DNA of 64,000 nucleotides, from assembly GCA_963667175.2 (NCBI GenBank), contig CAXXXF010000010.1:1-64000 (forward strand), read 5' to 3'. The first letter of the stretch is position 1, and each line of letters starts with the position of its first letter. Source of the stretch: Candidatus Latescibacterota bacterium. GTDB taxonomy: Bacteria > Latescibacterota > UBA2968 > GCA-2709665. Below, piece by piece: positions 18,844 to 29,526 of this stretch. Below the pieces are notes generated by a model. That model saw only the letters and a program-made list of their open reading frames with translations, was not told the DNA's origin and searched no databases. The translations under genes and the position numbers were made by a program.

Positions 18844-20697
18844 CTAGCTTGAATACGCCGCCTCCACGCTGTCGCGGTACTGTTCCAGAATCGCCCCGGG
18901 AACCACCTTCTTCAGACCCCTCGTCAGCGTACCCGCCTCCTCGCTGAGCGCGTCCGGCAGCACCAGCACCCTCTGGGGACGCTCATGTCCGGGCAGGCCG
19001 GCAGCGGTCGCCTCGTTCAGCAGGAGTTCCCGCAGACGATCCGCCACGCCCGAGTGCCTGCGCACCGCGTTGTCGTCGTCAGGAAGGTCCTGGATGTCGG
19101 ACAACGTCCGCGCCTCTTCGACGTTCACGGTGACAACCGGCATGGGAAAGGAACCGCTCTGATCGCCGTAGATGATTACGTGTTCGACCAACGGCACCCT
19201 TGCGTACAGCCGTTCGAGCAACTCGGGATTCACAAACTCCCCGTTGCTCAGTTTGAACTGCCGGCCCAGGCGTCCTCGAAACGTCAGGTACCCGTCACCG
19301 TCGATGCTGAAAAGATCGCCCGTCCGATACCACGTCTTGCCGGCCTCGTCCTTCACCAGCGTCTCCGCGGTACGATCGGGATCGTTGAGATATTCGCGCA
19401 TCACGTGGGACCCGTGCACCCAGAGTTCTCCCTCTCTTCCGTTGCTGTCCCGGTACGTCTGCGTGGCCGGATCTCCGGCTCCGACCTCCTCGCCCTCTTC
19501 AGTGATCAGCTTCACCTCCTGCAGAGGCCTTCCCACGGTACCGGTCTTCTGGGCGTCCAGCGTATTGACCGCGATCAGCGGGCAGCACTCGGTTGTTCCG
19601 TATCCTTCCAGAGAGGTGATATCCAGCACGTCCTGGAAGAAGTCCAGCGCATCGGGGTCAGCCTTGGCAGAGCCCACGATCAGAAGTTCCAGCCGTCCGC
19701 CAACGCGCTGGGACAGCTTCTCCTTGATCGCCGCCACCACCTTCTTCCCGATCAGTCCATACACCGCTTTGTCTGCGACTGACGCCTCGCCCCGCGCGAT
19801 GTTTCGCTTGGCGCGGACCGCGCGCTCAACCAGCCTGCCCTTGACCCCGCCGGCGTCAATTTCCTTCCGGACGTTGCCGTAGACCTTATCCAGAATCAGC
19901 GGCACCGTCAGGAAGCCGTGCGGTTCCGAATACCGGATGTCCACGAGCACCCGGTCGGGGGATCGCGCGAGATCCAACGTCCAGCCCTTGAGCAGGGGAT
20001 AGTAGACGTTCAGGATGCCCATGGTATGGTAATCCGGCGCGGACTTGAACAGAACCGGTTGTTCGCGACGGGAGATCCCGTCCCATACCGACCTGACGTT
20101 ATCAACCAGGTTGCGATGGGTCTGCACCACGCCCTTGGGCAGACCCGACGAACCCGACGTGTAGACCACCTTCGACTCGTCGTCCGGGTAGATTTCCACG
20201 TCGGGCGGAGGCGCCTCGCCGCCGTCCTGCGCCAGGGCGAAAAATGACCGGACGTCATCGGACTGGCCCTCCGTCAGAATCAGTTTAGGGGACTTCACCA
20301 AACCTGGAAGTATCCGGTCCGCCTGTTCCCGGCTCCTGCTGTCCAGGAACAGCACTTCGAGGCCCGAATGTTCGATCATATACTTGAGAATATCGTCCGG
20401 CAGCTTGTTGCAAAGCGGCACGGAAGACAACCCCAGCAGATCCGCCGCCAGGAAGATCAGCACCGACTCCAGACCGCCGTCCGTCAGTATCCCCACGCGC
20501 TCGCCCTTTGCGTAACCGGAACGGGCCAGTCCGGACGCCACCCGGTCCCGCTGTTCCCGGAGCTGCGCGTAGGTCATCGGAACGTAGCGCAACCCCCGTT
20601 CGTCCTGCTGATCGGACTGCCTCAGGACGCGTACCGCTGTCCGTTCCGCGTGTTGTGCAAAGCTCTCGTTCATCAGGTCTTTGAGTGTCCGACTCAT
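18844..20697 (-). CDS. Long-chain fatty acid-CoA ligase (AMP-binding)
   Basis: YTSGSSGLPKG, EGYGTTE, WYRTGD and KLSNGEFV motifs. Confidence 0.9.
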   Translation of the reverse strand: MSRTLKDLMNESFAQHAERTAVRVLRQSDQQDERGLRYVPMTYAQLREQRDRVASGLARSGYAKGERVGILTDGGLESVLIFLAADLLGLSSVPLCNKLPDDILKYMIEHSGLEVLFLDSRSREQADRILPGLVKSPKLILTEGQSDDVRSFFALAQDGGEAPPPDVEIYPDDESKVVYTSGSSGLPKGVVQTHRNLVDNVRSVWDGISRREQPVLFKSAPDYHTMGILNVYYPLLKGWTLDLARSPDRVLVDIRYSEPHGFLTVPLILDKVYGNVRKEIDAGGVKGRLVERAVRAKRNIARGEASVADKAVYGLIGKKVVAAIKEKLSQRVGGRLELLIVGSAKADPDALDFFQDVLDITSLEGYGTTECCPLIAVNTLDAQKTGTVGRPLQEVKLITEEGEEVGAGDPATQTYRDSNGREGELWVHGSHVMREYLNDPDRTAETLVKDEAGKTWYRTGDLFSIDGDGYLTFRGRLGRQFKLSNGEFVNPELLERLYARVPLVEHVIIYGDQSGSFPMPVVTVNVEEARTLSDIQDLPDDDNAVRRHSGVADRLRELLLNEATAAGLPGHERPQRVLVLPDALSEEAGTLTRGLKKVVPGAILEQYRDSVEAAYSS

Positions 20698-21086
20698 ATC
20701 CGCAAGTCTCCTTTTTTGCCGGATCCGGGAGCGGTTCCTTCCACTGGAACCCAGGCGTCATCCGGTCTGACTTCCGCTCCCGGAACCGCGGCATAACACG
20801 TCTATGGATGAATCAATCGACGACTTCTCGGCGAGGACAGCCAGGCGTTCAAATATAACCACGGGAGCCAACCGCCGCAATGCTTTCCCGTTTTTCAATC
20901 GGGAATGGCCGACGGCAGATTCCGTCTGAGGCGACGTTGGGACGCTATTTCAAAACGACACTGAAATGGGTTCACGTTCCGTCCCCGAAATAGATTGCCT
21001 TAATTCGAACTCCCTGTTTTCTTGGATCGTGCAAAACAGGCGTGAGTGGGCGCCGGCAATGGATCTCCGAAAGTACGGAGCCGGTC

Positions 21087-22565
21087 ATGGAAAAACAGGG
21101 AAAAACGCTGATTGTCGCGATTTCCGCCGGTGTTGCAATCGTTCTCGCCACGCTACTTTTGTTTGCGCCTCGCGGTTCCAACCTCACCGTTCAGGCTCCC
21201 GCGCCGCCTCGGGACGTGACGCCGGCGCCGTTGCCGCCGCCGGCGCCCTCAACGATTGCCGTGAGCGCGGGCCTGCCGATACCTGAGATCAGGCAGTTGG
21301 CAGAATCCGCGCTCAGAAATTTTCTCCGCAAACCCATTCATTGGAAAGACGGCGCGACGACCGCTTCCATCAACCTGCACCCCAACGCCATGGAGATGAC
21401 GAGCAACAGTGACGGGACACTGTCGGCGGAAATCTCGCTTCAGATAAGAGGATCGGCTCGCTTTCCCGTCGATCTCTGGATAACTGTACTCGAAAGAGTC
21501 GGGACCATTACGGGGCAGGCGACGGTATGGTTAACCCTTGCGCCAACGCTGCATTCGAACTGGCGGATCACGGCAGAGACCCACGCTGACGCCCGCGTAC
21601 ATAAAGCAGAAGTGAAAACCGAAGGGCTCTTCGGCTTCGGAAATACCTCAATTCGCGGCATCTTCACTCGATTGGCAAAGGAAAAATTCCTGCCCGAATT
21701 GGAAGCAGGCATCACCGAATACGTGTCAAATATAGACCTGAAGACCCACGTTGCCAGCCTGTGGACGAAGCTCTGCGAGCCGATCGTCGTGAACCGGGAG
21801 CCCCCGATCATCCTATTCATGGCGCCGATTGAAATCATCGCGCAACAGCTATCAAGTGACGGCGAAACACTTTCCCTCAACGTCGGTATCAAAACCTATG
21901 TTCAAGCCAATATTGGTGACGTCTCCGCTGATTTTCCATGGCCCGCGGAACCGCGTACCGAATTGCCGGATATCCGCTTTGTGGATTCAATCCAGTCCGG
22001 CTACCACGTCATTGCCCCCATTCAGGCAACGTACGCCGTTCTCGAGACCTTCGGCAGATCACTCGTCGAAAGAGAGCACGAAACAAAGAGTATTGTCCTG
22101 GAGAATCTAACGCTCTACGGCAGTGGCACGCAACTCGCGGCAGGCGTCGGATTCTCGGTCCCGTTCCTACGCGCGAAGGGACATCTCTACCTGCTTGGAA
22201 CACCCATATTTGACGCCACGACGATTTCGCTTTCCGTGACCGAACTCAGCTATTCCTTTGCTTCCAGGAGTCTGCTCGTCGAAATCGCCGAACGCATCGG
22301 CGGGGACCTCATTTTCTCGAATCTCCGAACGACCGTCGAAGAGAAACTTGCCTTCCCGATAGCGCCATTGCGCGAAGAGTTATCAGCAATCATCGCAGAA
22401 CGCGACGTCGGTCCCCACGTCCGTCTGCGCGGCGCCGTAGATACCATGAGGCCGGAGGGATTCCATCTCACGCAGACAGGCGTCCATATTCCATTCCGAT
22501 TACAGGGCGACGTCGCCTGTGAAATAAACCTGAGTGCTTTGCAAGGCCAGCGCCCGACGGATTAG
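21087..22565 (+). CDS. DUF4403-like exported protein
   Basis: N-terminal TM followed by Pro-rich linker and PSTIAV; LYLLGTP.FD motif. Confidence 0.6.
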   Translation: MEKQGKTLIVAISAGVAIVLATLLLFAPRGSNLTVQAPAPPRDVTPAPLPPPAPSTIAVSAGLPIPEIRQLAESALRNFLRKPIHWKDGATTASINLHPNAMEMTSNSDGTLSAEISLQIRGSARFPVDLWITVLERVGTITGQATVWLTLAPTLHSNWRITAETHADARVHKAEVKTEGLFGFGNTSIRGIFTRLAKEKFLPELEAGITEYVSNIDLKTHVASLWTKLCEPIVVNREPPIILFMAPIEIIAQQLSSDGETLSLNVGIKTYVQANIGDVSADFPWPAEPRTELPDIRFVDSIQSGYHVIAPIQATYAVLETFGRSLVEREHETKSIVLENLTLYGSGTQLAAGVGFSVPFLRAKGHLYLLGTPIFDATTISLSVTELSYSFASRSLLVEIAERIGGDLIFSNLRTTVEEKLAFPIAPLREELSAIIAERDVGPHVRLRGAVDTMRPEGFHLTQTGVHIPFRLQGDVACEINLSALQGQRPTD

Positions 22566-22774
22566 CAGTCCGTTGAAAAAGTCGCTCCGCAGGCGAGGCC
22601 GAGCCATTGTGGCCGAAGACAAGGCGCGCCTGTCTGCGTGCGGACACGCACAGGCAGGCGACCGACGCGAATCCCTGGATTCGGGGAGGGAGCGCCTGCC
22701 TGCTGCAGGCAGGCAACGCCGTAGTTCGGTCACAAGGGCCGGACGTAACCCGGATGGACTATTTCAACGGGCTG
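22566..22774. mobile_element. MITE-A copy 2, carrying two nested hairpins (22629-22658, 22695-22713)
   Basis: Same TIRs as copy 1. TTAG on both sides, with the left TTAG containing the upstream gene's stop codon. Confidence 0.85.
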
Positions 22775-22901
22775 TTAGCCTCGATTCGAAATATCCGGGT
22801 AAGGTCGGCATGAATTCGCCCGGGCGAACAAAGGCGATCTGACGTCGCCATTCGGCGATTCCTGTGTTCACGGAACCTGAACGGAGAAACAGTGATCAAC
22901 G

Positions 22902-23333
22902 TCATCGCTCACGACCTCGCACGGAATGAAAGGCCAGTCGCGTCGTGCGATCCTCGCCACCGCCCCGATGCAGGTACATCGCGGTTACGGGCGTTCCGAT
23001 CTCGATGGAATCCGGATTCCGCGCGTCGACGCCTTCTATGCGGGCGACGACTCTGGGGCCATCGTCCAGTTCGACGACACCGGTGCAATACGGATTGTCC
23101 CGATTGTGGCCCTCGGCCTGCATGGCGGGCGGTCCGATGGATATGCTTGTGAATGCGGCGAGTTTGCCGGTTCCGTTCATTCGCGTCCACCGCATTTCCG
23201 TGTTCCGACATTCCACGCACAGAGGTCGAGGCGGTACGTAAACAGCGCCGCATCGATCACACTTCGAACCCATCAGTTTTTCCTCGCCGAGGAACACTTC
23301 GAACCAGTAGTCGCCGATCGGGGGCGTCGTCAC
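22902..23333 (-). CDS. DUF35 Zn-ribbon/OB-fold protein (thiolase partner)
   Basis: CxxC…PPR..CxxC, then PY..GVVELDDG. Confidence 0.9.
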   Translation of the reverse strand: MTTPPIGDYWFEVFLGEEKLMGSKCDRCGAVYVPPRPLCVECRNTEMRWTRMNGTGKLAAFTSISIGPPAMQAEGHNRDNPYCTGVVELDDGPRVVARIEGVDARNPDSIEIGTPVTAMYLHRGGGEDRTTRLAFHSVRGRER

Positions 23334-23336
23334 CTT

Positions 23337-24602
23337 CTATCGCCTTTCCAGGATCGTAAACGTGCAAGTGCCGCCGGTGCCGCCCAGGTTGTGGGCCGCG
23401 CCCAGGCGAAGGTCACCATTCGGCACCTGCCGGTCGCCTGCCTCTTGTCTCAGTTGCTCCCATACCTCGATCAACTGCGCAACGCCTGTCGCTCCGACGG
23501 GATGCCCCTTGCACTTCAGACCGCTCGAGGTGTTGATCGGCTTCGGGCCCTGCAACCGGGTCGCGCCGTCGCCCACGGCAATGAATCCCTCCCCCGGTCC
23601 GAAGAAGCCGAGGTCCTCGACGTGGATGATCTCCGCGATGGAAAAGCAGTCGTGCACCTCCGCGAACTGGACGTCGTCCGGACCGAGATCGGCCATGGTA
23701 TAGGCTTCCCCCGCGGCCTGGCGCGTGGCTTCGAAGCCCGTCAGGTCCGGCGCCGACTGCAGCCCTCTGCCGCTGCCCTGGCCGAGGCCCACCACGTATA
23801 GCGGGTCGTCCGTAAAGCGCCTGGCCATCTCTTCACCGACCAGCAGGATACAGCCCGCCCCGTCGCTGATGGGACAGCAATCGAACAGATGCATGGGCCA
23901 CGCGACCGGCGGGTTGACGCCGGGGTCTCGCAGGAAGTCTTTCTCGTCTGTCCAATCGGGCACGGCCGCACCGCTTTCCCTGGCGCGCGCCACCCTGGAT
24001 TCCATCATGTCGGCGATCGACGCCTGGAACTGCGCTTTCGGGTTCAACGGGGCATTTTCGTGGCTCTTGATGGTCACGTCCATCAGGTGCTCGCGCGTCG
24101 CGCCGTACCTGTGGAAATACGCCGTCGCGATCGCGCCGAATACCCCCGGAAAGGTAAAGCCGGACTTTCTTTCGTAAGGGACCGCCGCCGATGCCAGGCC
24201 CTCCGCCACGTCGGCCGTGGAGCGTTTTGACATATCCTCCACGCCGCCCACCAGGACGATATCGTAGAATCCCGACGCGATGGCAAAAACGCCCTCGCGG
24301 AAGGCGATTGCGCTGGAGGCGCATGCCCCCTCGGTGCGCGTTGCCGGCCGGGGGACCAGACCCAGCGCGTCGGCGAGAACGGCGCCCCAATGGGATTGAC
24401 CCGTGAAGAAATCGTTGGTGAAATTGCCGATGTATAGCGCGTCGATATCGCCGGGATCCAGACCTTTGTCCACCGACGCGATCATGGCGCGAAAGGCGTC
24501 CGTGAACAGATCTTTGGAATCCCTGTCCCGGAACATGCCGAACGGCGACATGCCCGCGCCCACCATGGCCACACCGCGTCCGAGTCTTCGTTTCCTGATC
24601 AT
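23337..24602 (-). CDS. Thiolase (SCP-x/archaeal type)
   Basis: EGACASS, CCPISDGA, EVHDCF, KGHPVGATG and HNLGG motifs. Confidence 0.9.
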   Translation of the reverse strand: MIRKRRLGRGVAMVGAGMSPFGMFRDRDSKDLFTDAFRAMIASVDKGLDPGDIDALYIGNFTNDFFTGQSHWGAVLADALGLVPRPATRTEGACASSAIAFREGVFAIASGFYDIVLVGGVEDMSKRSTADVAEGLASAAVPYERKSGFTFPGVFGAIATAYFHRYGATREHLMDVTIKSHENAPLNPKAQFQASIADMMESRVARARESGAAVPDWTDEKDFLRDPGVNPPVAWPMHLFDCCPISDGAGCILLVGEEMARRFTDDPLYVVGLGQGSGRGLQSAPDLTGFEATRQAAGEAYTMADLGPDDVQFAEVHDCFSIAEIIHVEDLGFFGPGEGFIAVGDGATRLQGPKPINTSSGLKCKGHPVGATGVAQLIEVWEQLRQEAGDRQVPNGDLRLGAAHNLGGTGGTCTFTILERR

Positions 24603-24624
24603 CTCACATCGCCTCGACAACCGG

Positions 24625-26190
24625 TCAGATCACCTTGCTCTGCCTGCCGCCCCAATACGGCGCCCTGATGAGATTCTTCACGATCTTTCCGTAGTTGTTC
24701 TTCGGCAATTCCTCGACGAAATCCACGGACTCCGGTTTCTTGAAACTCGCGATCCGGCCCTTGCAGAAGTCGATCAGCTCCTCGCTTGACACGTCGCGCC
24801 CGGGCTCCTTCACGACAACCGCCTTGACCGCCTCGCCCCACTCCGGGTGGGGCACACCGATAACCGCGACCTCGGATACAGCCGGATGGCGGATGAGCGC
24901 CTCTTCGATTTCGCGCGGGTAGATATTCTCGCCGCCGCTGATGATCAGGTCTTTCGAGCGATCCAGCAGAAAAACGTAGCCTTCCTCGTCCATGTACCCC
25001 ACGTCGCCCGTATGCAGCCAACCGTCTTTCAGGGCGGCCGCGGTGGCGTCGGGATTGCGCCAGTACCCCTTCATGACGATATCCGACCTCGTGACGATCT
25101 GACCGATAACTCCCGCCGGGAGCTGGCGCCCCTCGTCGTCAAGAATCCTGACTTCGACGTCGGTACGCGCGAACCCCGCGGAACTGAGCCGCTTCATCTG
25201 CTGTGTGGCGCCGTCCAGGACGTGGTCGCGGCGGGGCAGGTACGTGATCGTCATCGGAGATTCGCCCAGACCGTACACCTGCACGAGGCAGGGTCCGAGT
25301 TTTCCGATCGCAGTCCGGAGGTCTTCGGCCAGCATCGGGCCGCCGCCGTAGTTGAGGGTCTTCAACGACCGGAGGTCGTACCGGTGCAATGCCGGGCTTT
25401 CCACGAGGCGCTTCACCATGGTGGGCGCGGCGAACATATTGGTGACCCGGTAGGTTTCGATGGCCGCCAGGATCCGGTCGGGATCGAAGGTGACGGTTTC
25501 CGGAATGACGTTGGCCGCCGCCTTGCCGACGTTCGGAAGCGCATAGAGGCCGCTGCCGTGGGACAGCGGCGCCGCGTGCAGCGCCACGTCGTCGGGCCCG
25601 AAGCCCTGGCAGACGTCCGCGTAGAAGTTCATGGTCATCGCCAGCAGATTCCGGTGGGTCAGCAATGCCCCTTTCGGTTGATCCGTGGTGCCGGAAGTGT
25701 AGAACACCCACGCCACGTCGTCCGGCCCTACGGGCACGTCGCCGAACGCGTCACGCTCGGCGCGAATCGTCGTCTCGTAATCCAGCATGCCATCCTGCGC
25801 CTCCGCAACGGTGACGACGTGCCGGACCCGCGGAAGCCGATCCCTGATCCGCGCAAACGGCGCGTTGAATTCGGAGGAGATAATGACCAGTTCGGATGCT
25901 GAATGATCGATAATAAACGCGAATTCGTCGGGATGCAGGCGGAAGTTGATCGGCACGGCCGCGGCGCCCAGCTTGAAACACGCGAACATGGATTCCAGCA
26001 TTTCCGGGAGATTCTGCATGAGGATGGCGACGTGGCCGCCAGGGCGCAGCCCGAGCCTGCAAAACGCGTTCGCCAGCCGGTTCACGCGCCCGTTGAATTC
26101 GGCATAGGTCCATCGCCGGGAGCCGCAAGCCAGCGCCAGATTCTCCGGAAACGTGCGCGCGGATTTCGTCAGCAACGTGCCGATGTTCAT
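24625..26190 (-). CDS. Acyl-CoA synthetase (AMP-forming)
   Basis: YTSGTTDQPKG, YGLGE, GWLHTGD, SGGENIYPREIE and LPKNNYGK motifs. Confidence 0.9.
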   Translation of the reverse strand: MNIGTLLTKSARTFPENLALACGSRRWTYAEFNGRVNRLANAFCRLGLRPGGHVAILMQNLPEMLESMFACFKLGAAAVPINFRLHPDEFAFIIDHSASELVIISSEFNAPFARIRDRLPRVRHVVTVAEAQDGMLDYETTIRAERDAFGDVPVGPDDVAWVFYTSGTTDQPKGALLTHRNLLAMTMNFYADVCQGFGPDDVALHAAPLSHGSGLYALPNVGKAAANVIPETVTFDPDRILAAIETYRVTNMFAAPTMVKRLVESPALHRYDLRSLKTLNYGGGPMLAEDLRTAIGKLGPCLVQVYGLGESPMTITYLPRRDHVLDGATQQMKRLSSAGFARTDVEVRILDDEGRQLPAGVIGQIVTRSDIVMKGYWRNPDATAAALKDGWLHTGDVGYMDEEGYVFLLDRSKDLIISGGENIYPREIEEALIRHPAVSEVAVIGVPHPEWGEAVKAVVVKEPGRDVSSEELIDFCKGRIASFKKPESVDFVEELPKNNYGKIVKNLIRAPYWGGRQSKVI

Positions 26191-26616
26191 GGCCTGCCGT
26201 CGCTTTCGGGAAGACTATCGATAAGGTCGACGCAGAAGTATCTCAATCGTTCGACGGATCAGGCCTGGCGTGAGTTTTTCCGTTATGGAGAAAACGGCGG
26301 TACCCCATATACAGACGATGCCTCAGCCTATACATGTGAATTCAAGGCGTGAGGCATCGGTACGTAAGGCTCTCGGTCGTGAAGTTCGTGAAAGCTCAGA
26401 CCCGACCCGGACGACTTTGAGTCCTTTCGCACACTACCAAAGTGCGAATATTACGAAACACGACGCAAGTTGAACATCCGGCACTTGAATCGTCAAATCA
26501 ACGAAAATTACGGCCGGCGAAGTGTCCGGGATGCCCAAACCGCGGAACTATCGGGCATCGTCGATTCACGTATGGTTGGCAAAAAGCCTGGACATTGAAG
26601 GCCAAGTACGTCAAGA

Positions 26617-26985
26617 CTATTCGTCAACTTGCCCGTTGTTCAGAAGGGGCGGCGGTGACTGAAAAACCGTCCCTTTTTTCTTCTCTGATTCCAACCATTT
26701 CCTGAACTTCTCGTCTTGCTCTTTTCGTCCTTTGTCGCGCTGCTTCTCCCTCAAGACTTTGATCACGCCTGTCGCAAGTCCCATAATATCCCATCCTTCC
26801 ATAGCGAAAAATGCCATTGTAACCGCAAATAACCCAATGGCTGTAATGTCCTTCAGCGCATCGAATTCCAACGCCAACTGATGTGGGCCGTGGTAACGGA
26901 TAACTAAGCCGACAATAAACAGCGCCACGGACATGCATGTAAACCACGCGCGTTCGCTGACACTCCAAATTGGCTCCCGATCCAT
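26617..26985 (-). CDS. Hypothetical membrane protein with charged C-terminal tail
   Basis: Two hydrophobic segments followed by REKQRDKGRKEQDEKF; lower GC than flanks. Confidence 0.5.
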   Translation of the reverse strand: MDREPIWSVSERAWFTCMSVALFIVGLVIRYHGPHQLALEFDALKDITAIGLFAVTMAFFAMEGWDIMGLATGVIKVLREKQRDKGRKEQDEKFRKWLESEKKKGTVFQSPPPLLNNGQVDE

Positions 26986-27434
26986 TGAAGAACTCGTCCT
27001 TTGGTGGTACCGCCATTCGCTATTCAGGTTTGGCTCATCCCGAAACTATGCATTAGCGACGTCTTCAGCCGAATCGGGCATGCGCTCGCGCATCGGTTTC
27101 TCTCCCGGGACGCCCCGTCTTACTTTTCCACACCGGCCTGTAACGCCCGCGATTTAGTAACCTGGGACCACGGATTATTGACGCTAGATGGCATTTCCTC
27201 CTGTACACAAGCCGTACTTGCGATCGCGGGATTTCACGACATTCACTTTTTTAACGAGTCCGTCTTCTCTATTGAAAATCTATCGAACCGGGGGGCCGTC
27301 GTCAACCCGTTTTGTAGCGCGTTTAACCTGGCCTATCGGAAGGAAAACCGTCGTACTTGCTGTTTACCGCTACGGATTTACCGCACAACACTTCCGTCAT
27401 TACGATCTTTTGAACCGCGTGTCTGCCATTGCCG

Positions 27435-28496
27435 CTATGCGGCGGGGATCATGTTGATGCAGACCGGCTGAGGAGTCTCCACCTCCTGCCCGGTTGCCGT
27501 GAGTTTCCCCGTCTGTCCGTCGATTCGATAGGTGACGATGTTGTCCGTATTCTGATTGGCGGCGAACAGGTACCGTCCGGAGGGATCGAGGGCGAAATTG
27601 CGGGGGAACTCGCCGCGGGTGGACTCGTAGTCCACGACCGAGAGTTTCCCCGTATCCGGGTCGACTACAAAAATCACGATACTGTCGTGCCCCCGGTTGG
27701 AGCCGTAGACAAAGCGTCCGTCGGGCGACACGTGAATATCCGCACAATAGCTCGTATCGGTGAAGTCGGAGGGCAACGTGGAAATCACCTGCGCCGTCTC
27801 CAGGATTCCGCGGTCTTCATCGTACACGTACGCCACGGCCGTATTGTCAAGTTCGTTGATCAGATACGCGTGTTTCCGGTTCGGATGGAACGCGAAGTGT
27901 CTGGGCCCGGCGCCCGCCTGAACGTCCACCGACGGGGGATCGTTCGGCGTTATCATCCTGTTTTCCGCGTCCAGGCGGTAGGCCAGCACTTTGTCGATTC
28001 CAAGATCGGCCGAGACGGCGTATCGATTGCCCGGATCGATGGTGATGGAATGCGCGTGCGGCCCCTGCTGTCTGCCCGGATTTACGCTGGAACCCTCGTG
28101 CTGAAAAACGGAAGCGGCCTCGCCGAGGCTGCCGTCGTCCAGTATGGGCAGCGCCGCCACACCGCCGCTGGAATAATTGGCCACCAGCACCACGCGACCG
28201 GTTGCGTCCACGCTCACGTGGCAGGGACCGGCGCCCATGCTGGACTGATGATTCAGCGACCGCAATCCGCCCGTGGCCGGATCGATCTCGAACGCGTGCA
28301 CCGCCCCGCCGTCATTGACTTCAGCTACGGAATAAAGGAACCGGTTTGAAGGATGGATGGCCTGGAATGACGGGTTCTTTACTTCCGAAACCGTACTCTG
28401 GAGTGTCAAGTCGCCGTCAACAAGGTCCAGACGGTAGACCGCAATCCCGGCGCCGCCCACGTAAAACCACATTGATTCCGGCTGCTGTTGTGCCAT
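27435..28496 (-). CDS. pgl: 6-phosphogluconolactonase (lactonase beta-propeller)
   Basis: GPCHV, VANY, PHAHS, DLGID, GAGPRH, SNRGHDS and FPRNF motifs. Confidence 0.88.
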   Translation of the reverse strand: MAQQQPESMWFYVGGAGIAVYRLDLVDGDLTLQSTVSEVKNPSFQAIHPSNRFLYSVAEVNDGGAVHAFEIDPATGGLRSLNHQSSMGAGPCHVSVDATGRVVLVANYSSGGVAALPILDDGSLGEAASVFQHEGSSVNPGRQQGPHAHSITIDPGNRYAVSADLGIDKVLAYRLDAENRMITPNDPPSVDVQAGAGPRHFAFHPNRKHAYLINELDNTAVAYVYDEDRGILETAQVISTLPSDFTDTSYCADIHVSPDGRFVYGSNRGHDSIVIFVVDPDTGKLSVVDYESTRGEFPRNFALDPSGRYLFAANQNTDNIVTYRIDGQTGKLTATGQEVETPQPVCINMIPAA

Positions 28497-28566
28497 ATCC
28501 CGAACCTCCTGTCAGGTCTATCCCGTCCGTTCCCGCGAAATCACCCGACGTTGTTTTCCCGCCCGA

Positions 28567-29169
28567 TCAGGGTCTCGAGGCAAGGTACCCGGCTTGCTCC
28601 GCCCGGTCAATCAGCCCCCGGACGTACGTCCACAGGCCGGGCGCCCCCGCTTCGATGTGTCGATTCCGCGCAATCACCTGTTCCGAATTGATATTGTGCT
28701 CCCGCCACGCGATCCCGCCCGATCCGTAATTCAGCAGGATCGGCTGAAGCCGGTCCATCGCTTCCGCGTATTTCGCCTCGGGAGTCTCGCCCGCTTCAAA
28801 TTCCTCCCACAGTGCGGATACCTCCCCGGCCAAATCGCCTGGAAGCAGGTTGAATATCCGTTCAGCGGCCAGCCGTTCCCTTTCCTCCTTGTCGGCGCGG
28901 GCCGCCTCGTCGTAGAATATTGTATCTCCAGCGTCGATCTCCACGACGTCGTGAAACAGCAGCATCTTCACGACTCTCATCAAATCCACTTCTTCCCGGG
29001 CGTATTCCGCAAGCAGCACGGCCATGACGGCGAGATGCCAGGAATGCTCCGCATCGTTCTCCCGTCGTTCTCCGTCGATCAGGTACGTCTGCCGGAGCAC
29101 ATGCTTCAGCTTGTCGATCTCGGTAATGAAGGCGATCTGTCGTTCAATCCTGCCGGCATCCAGCGACAT
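28567..29169 (-). CDS. HD-domain phosphohydrolase (HD_3)
   Basis: EIDKLK, ENDAEHSWH, HDVVEIDAGD and DRLQP motifs. Confidence 0.9.
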   Translation of the reverse strand: MSLDAGRIERQIAFITEIDKLKHVLRQTYLIDGERRENDAEHSWHLAVMAVLLAEYAREEVDLMRVVKMLLFHDVVEIDAGDTIFYDEAARADKEERERLAAERIFNLLPGDLAGEVSALWEEFEAGETPEAKYAEAMDRLQPILLNYGSGGIAWREHNINSEQVIARNRHIEAGAPGLWTYVRGLIDRAEQAGYLASRP

Positions 29170-29174
29170 GAGCC

Positions 29175-29438
29175 CTACTGACCCCCTTTCGGGGGCAACG
29201 GCCACTTCTCCCCGGCCATGAATCCGCCGTCGACGTAGATGTGCTGTCCCGTGACGTAGTTCGACGCCCGGGACGCCGCCGCGGTTTCGTCGAGCTGGGA
29301 ACGGGTCCTGGCCGCGCATACACACCTGGCGCCGTGGGCCGCAAGACCCTTTGCGACGCCCTGCCCGATCCCGCGTCCGGCGCCCGTCACCAGCGCGACC
29401 CGTCCTTCAAGCGAAAACAGATTCAACTCATCCTCCAC
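29175..29438 (-). pseudogene. SDR oxidoreductase with large in-frame internal deletion
   Basis: TGAGRGIG Rossmann motif is joined directly to the SDR C-terminal ASNYVTGQHIYVDGG; the catalytic YxxxK region is absent. Confidence 0.85.
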
Positions 29439-29472
29439 GTTGCTTCACGCCTGCACTTCCCCTAATCGGGAC

Positions 29473-29511
29473 ATCCTTCCGATTTCAATCGGTCGAGAGC
29501 ACCGCCTGCAT
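29473..29511. repeat. 39-bp direct repeat, copy A (duplicate of the uxuA 3' end)
   Basis: 37/39 identical to 30402-30440. Confidence 0.9.
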
Positions 29512-29526
29512 GCAGCGCGTATACGC

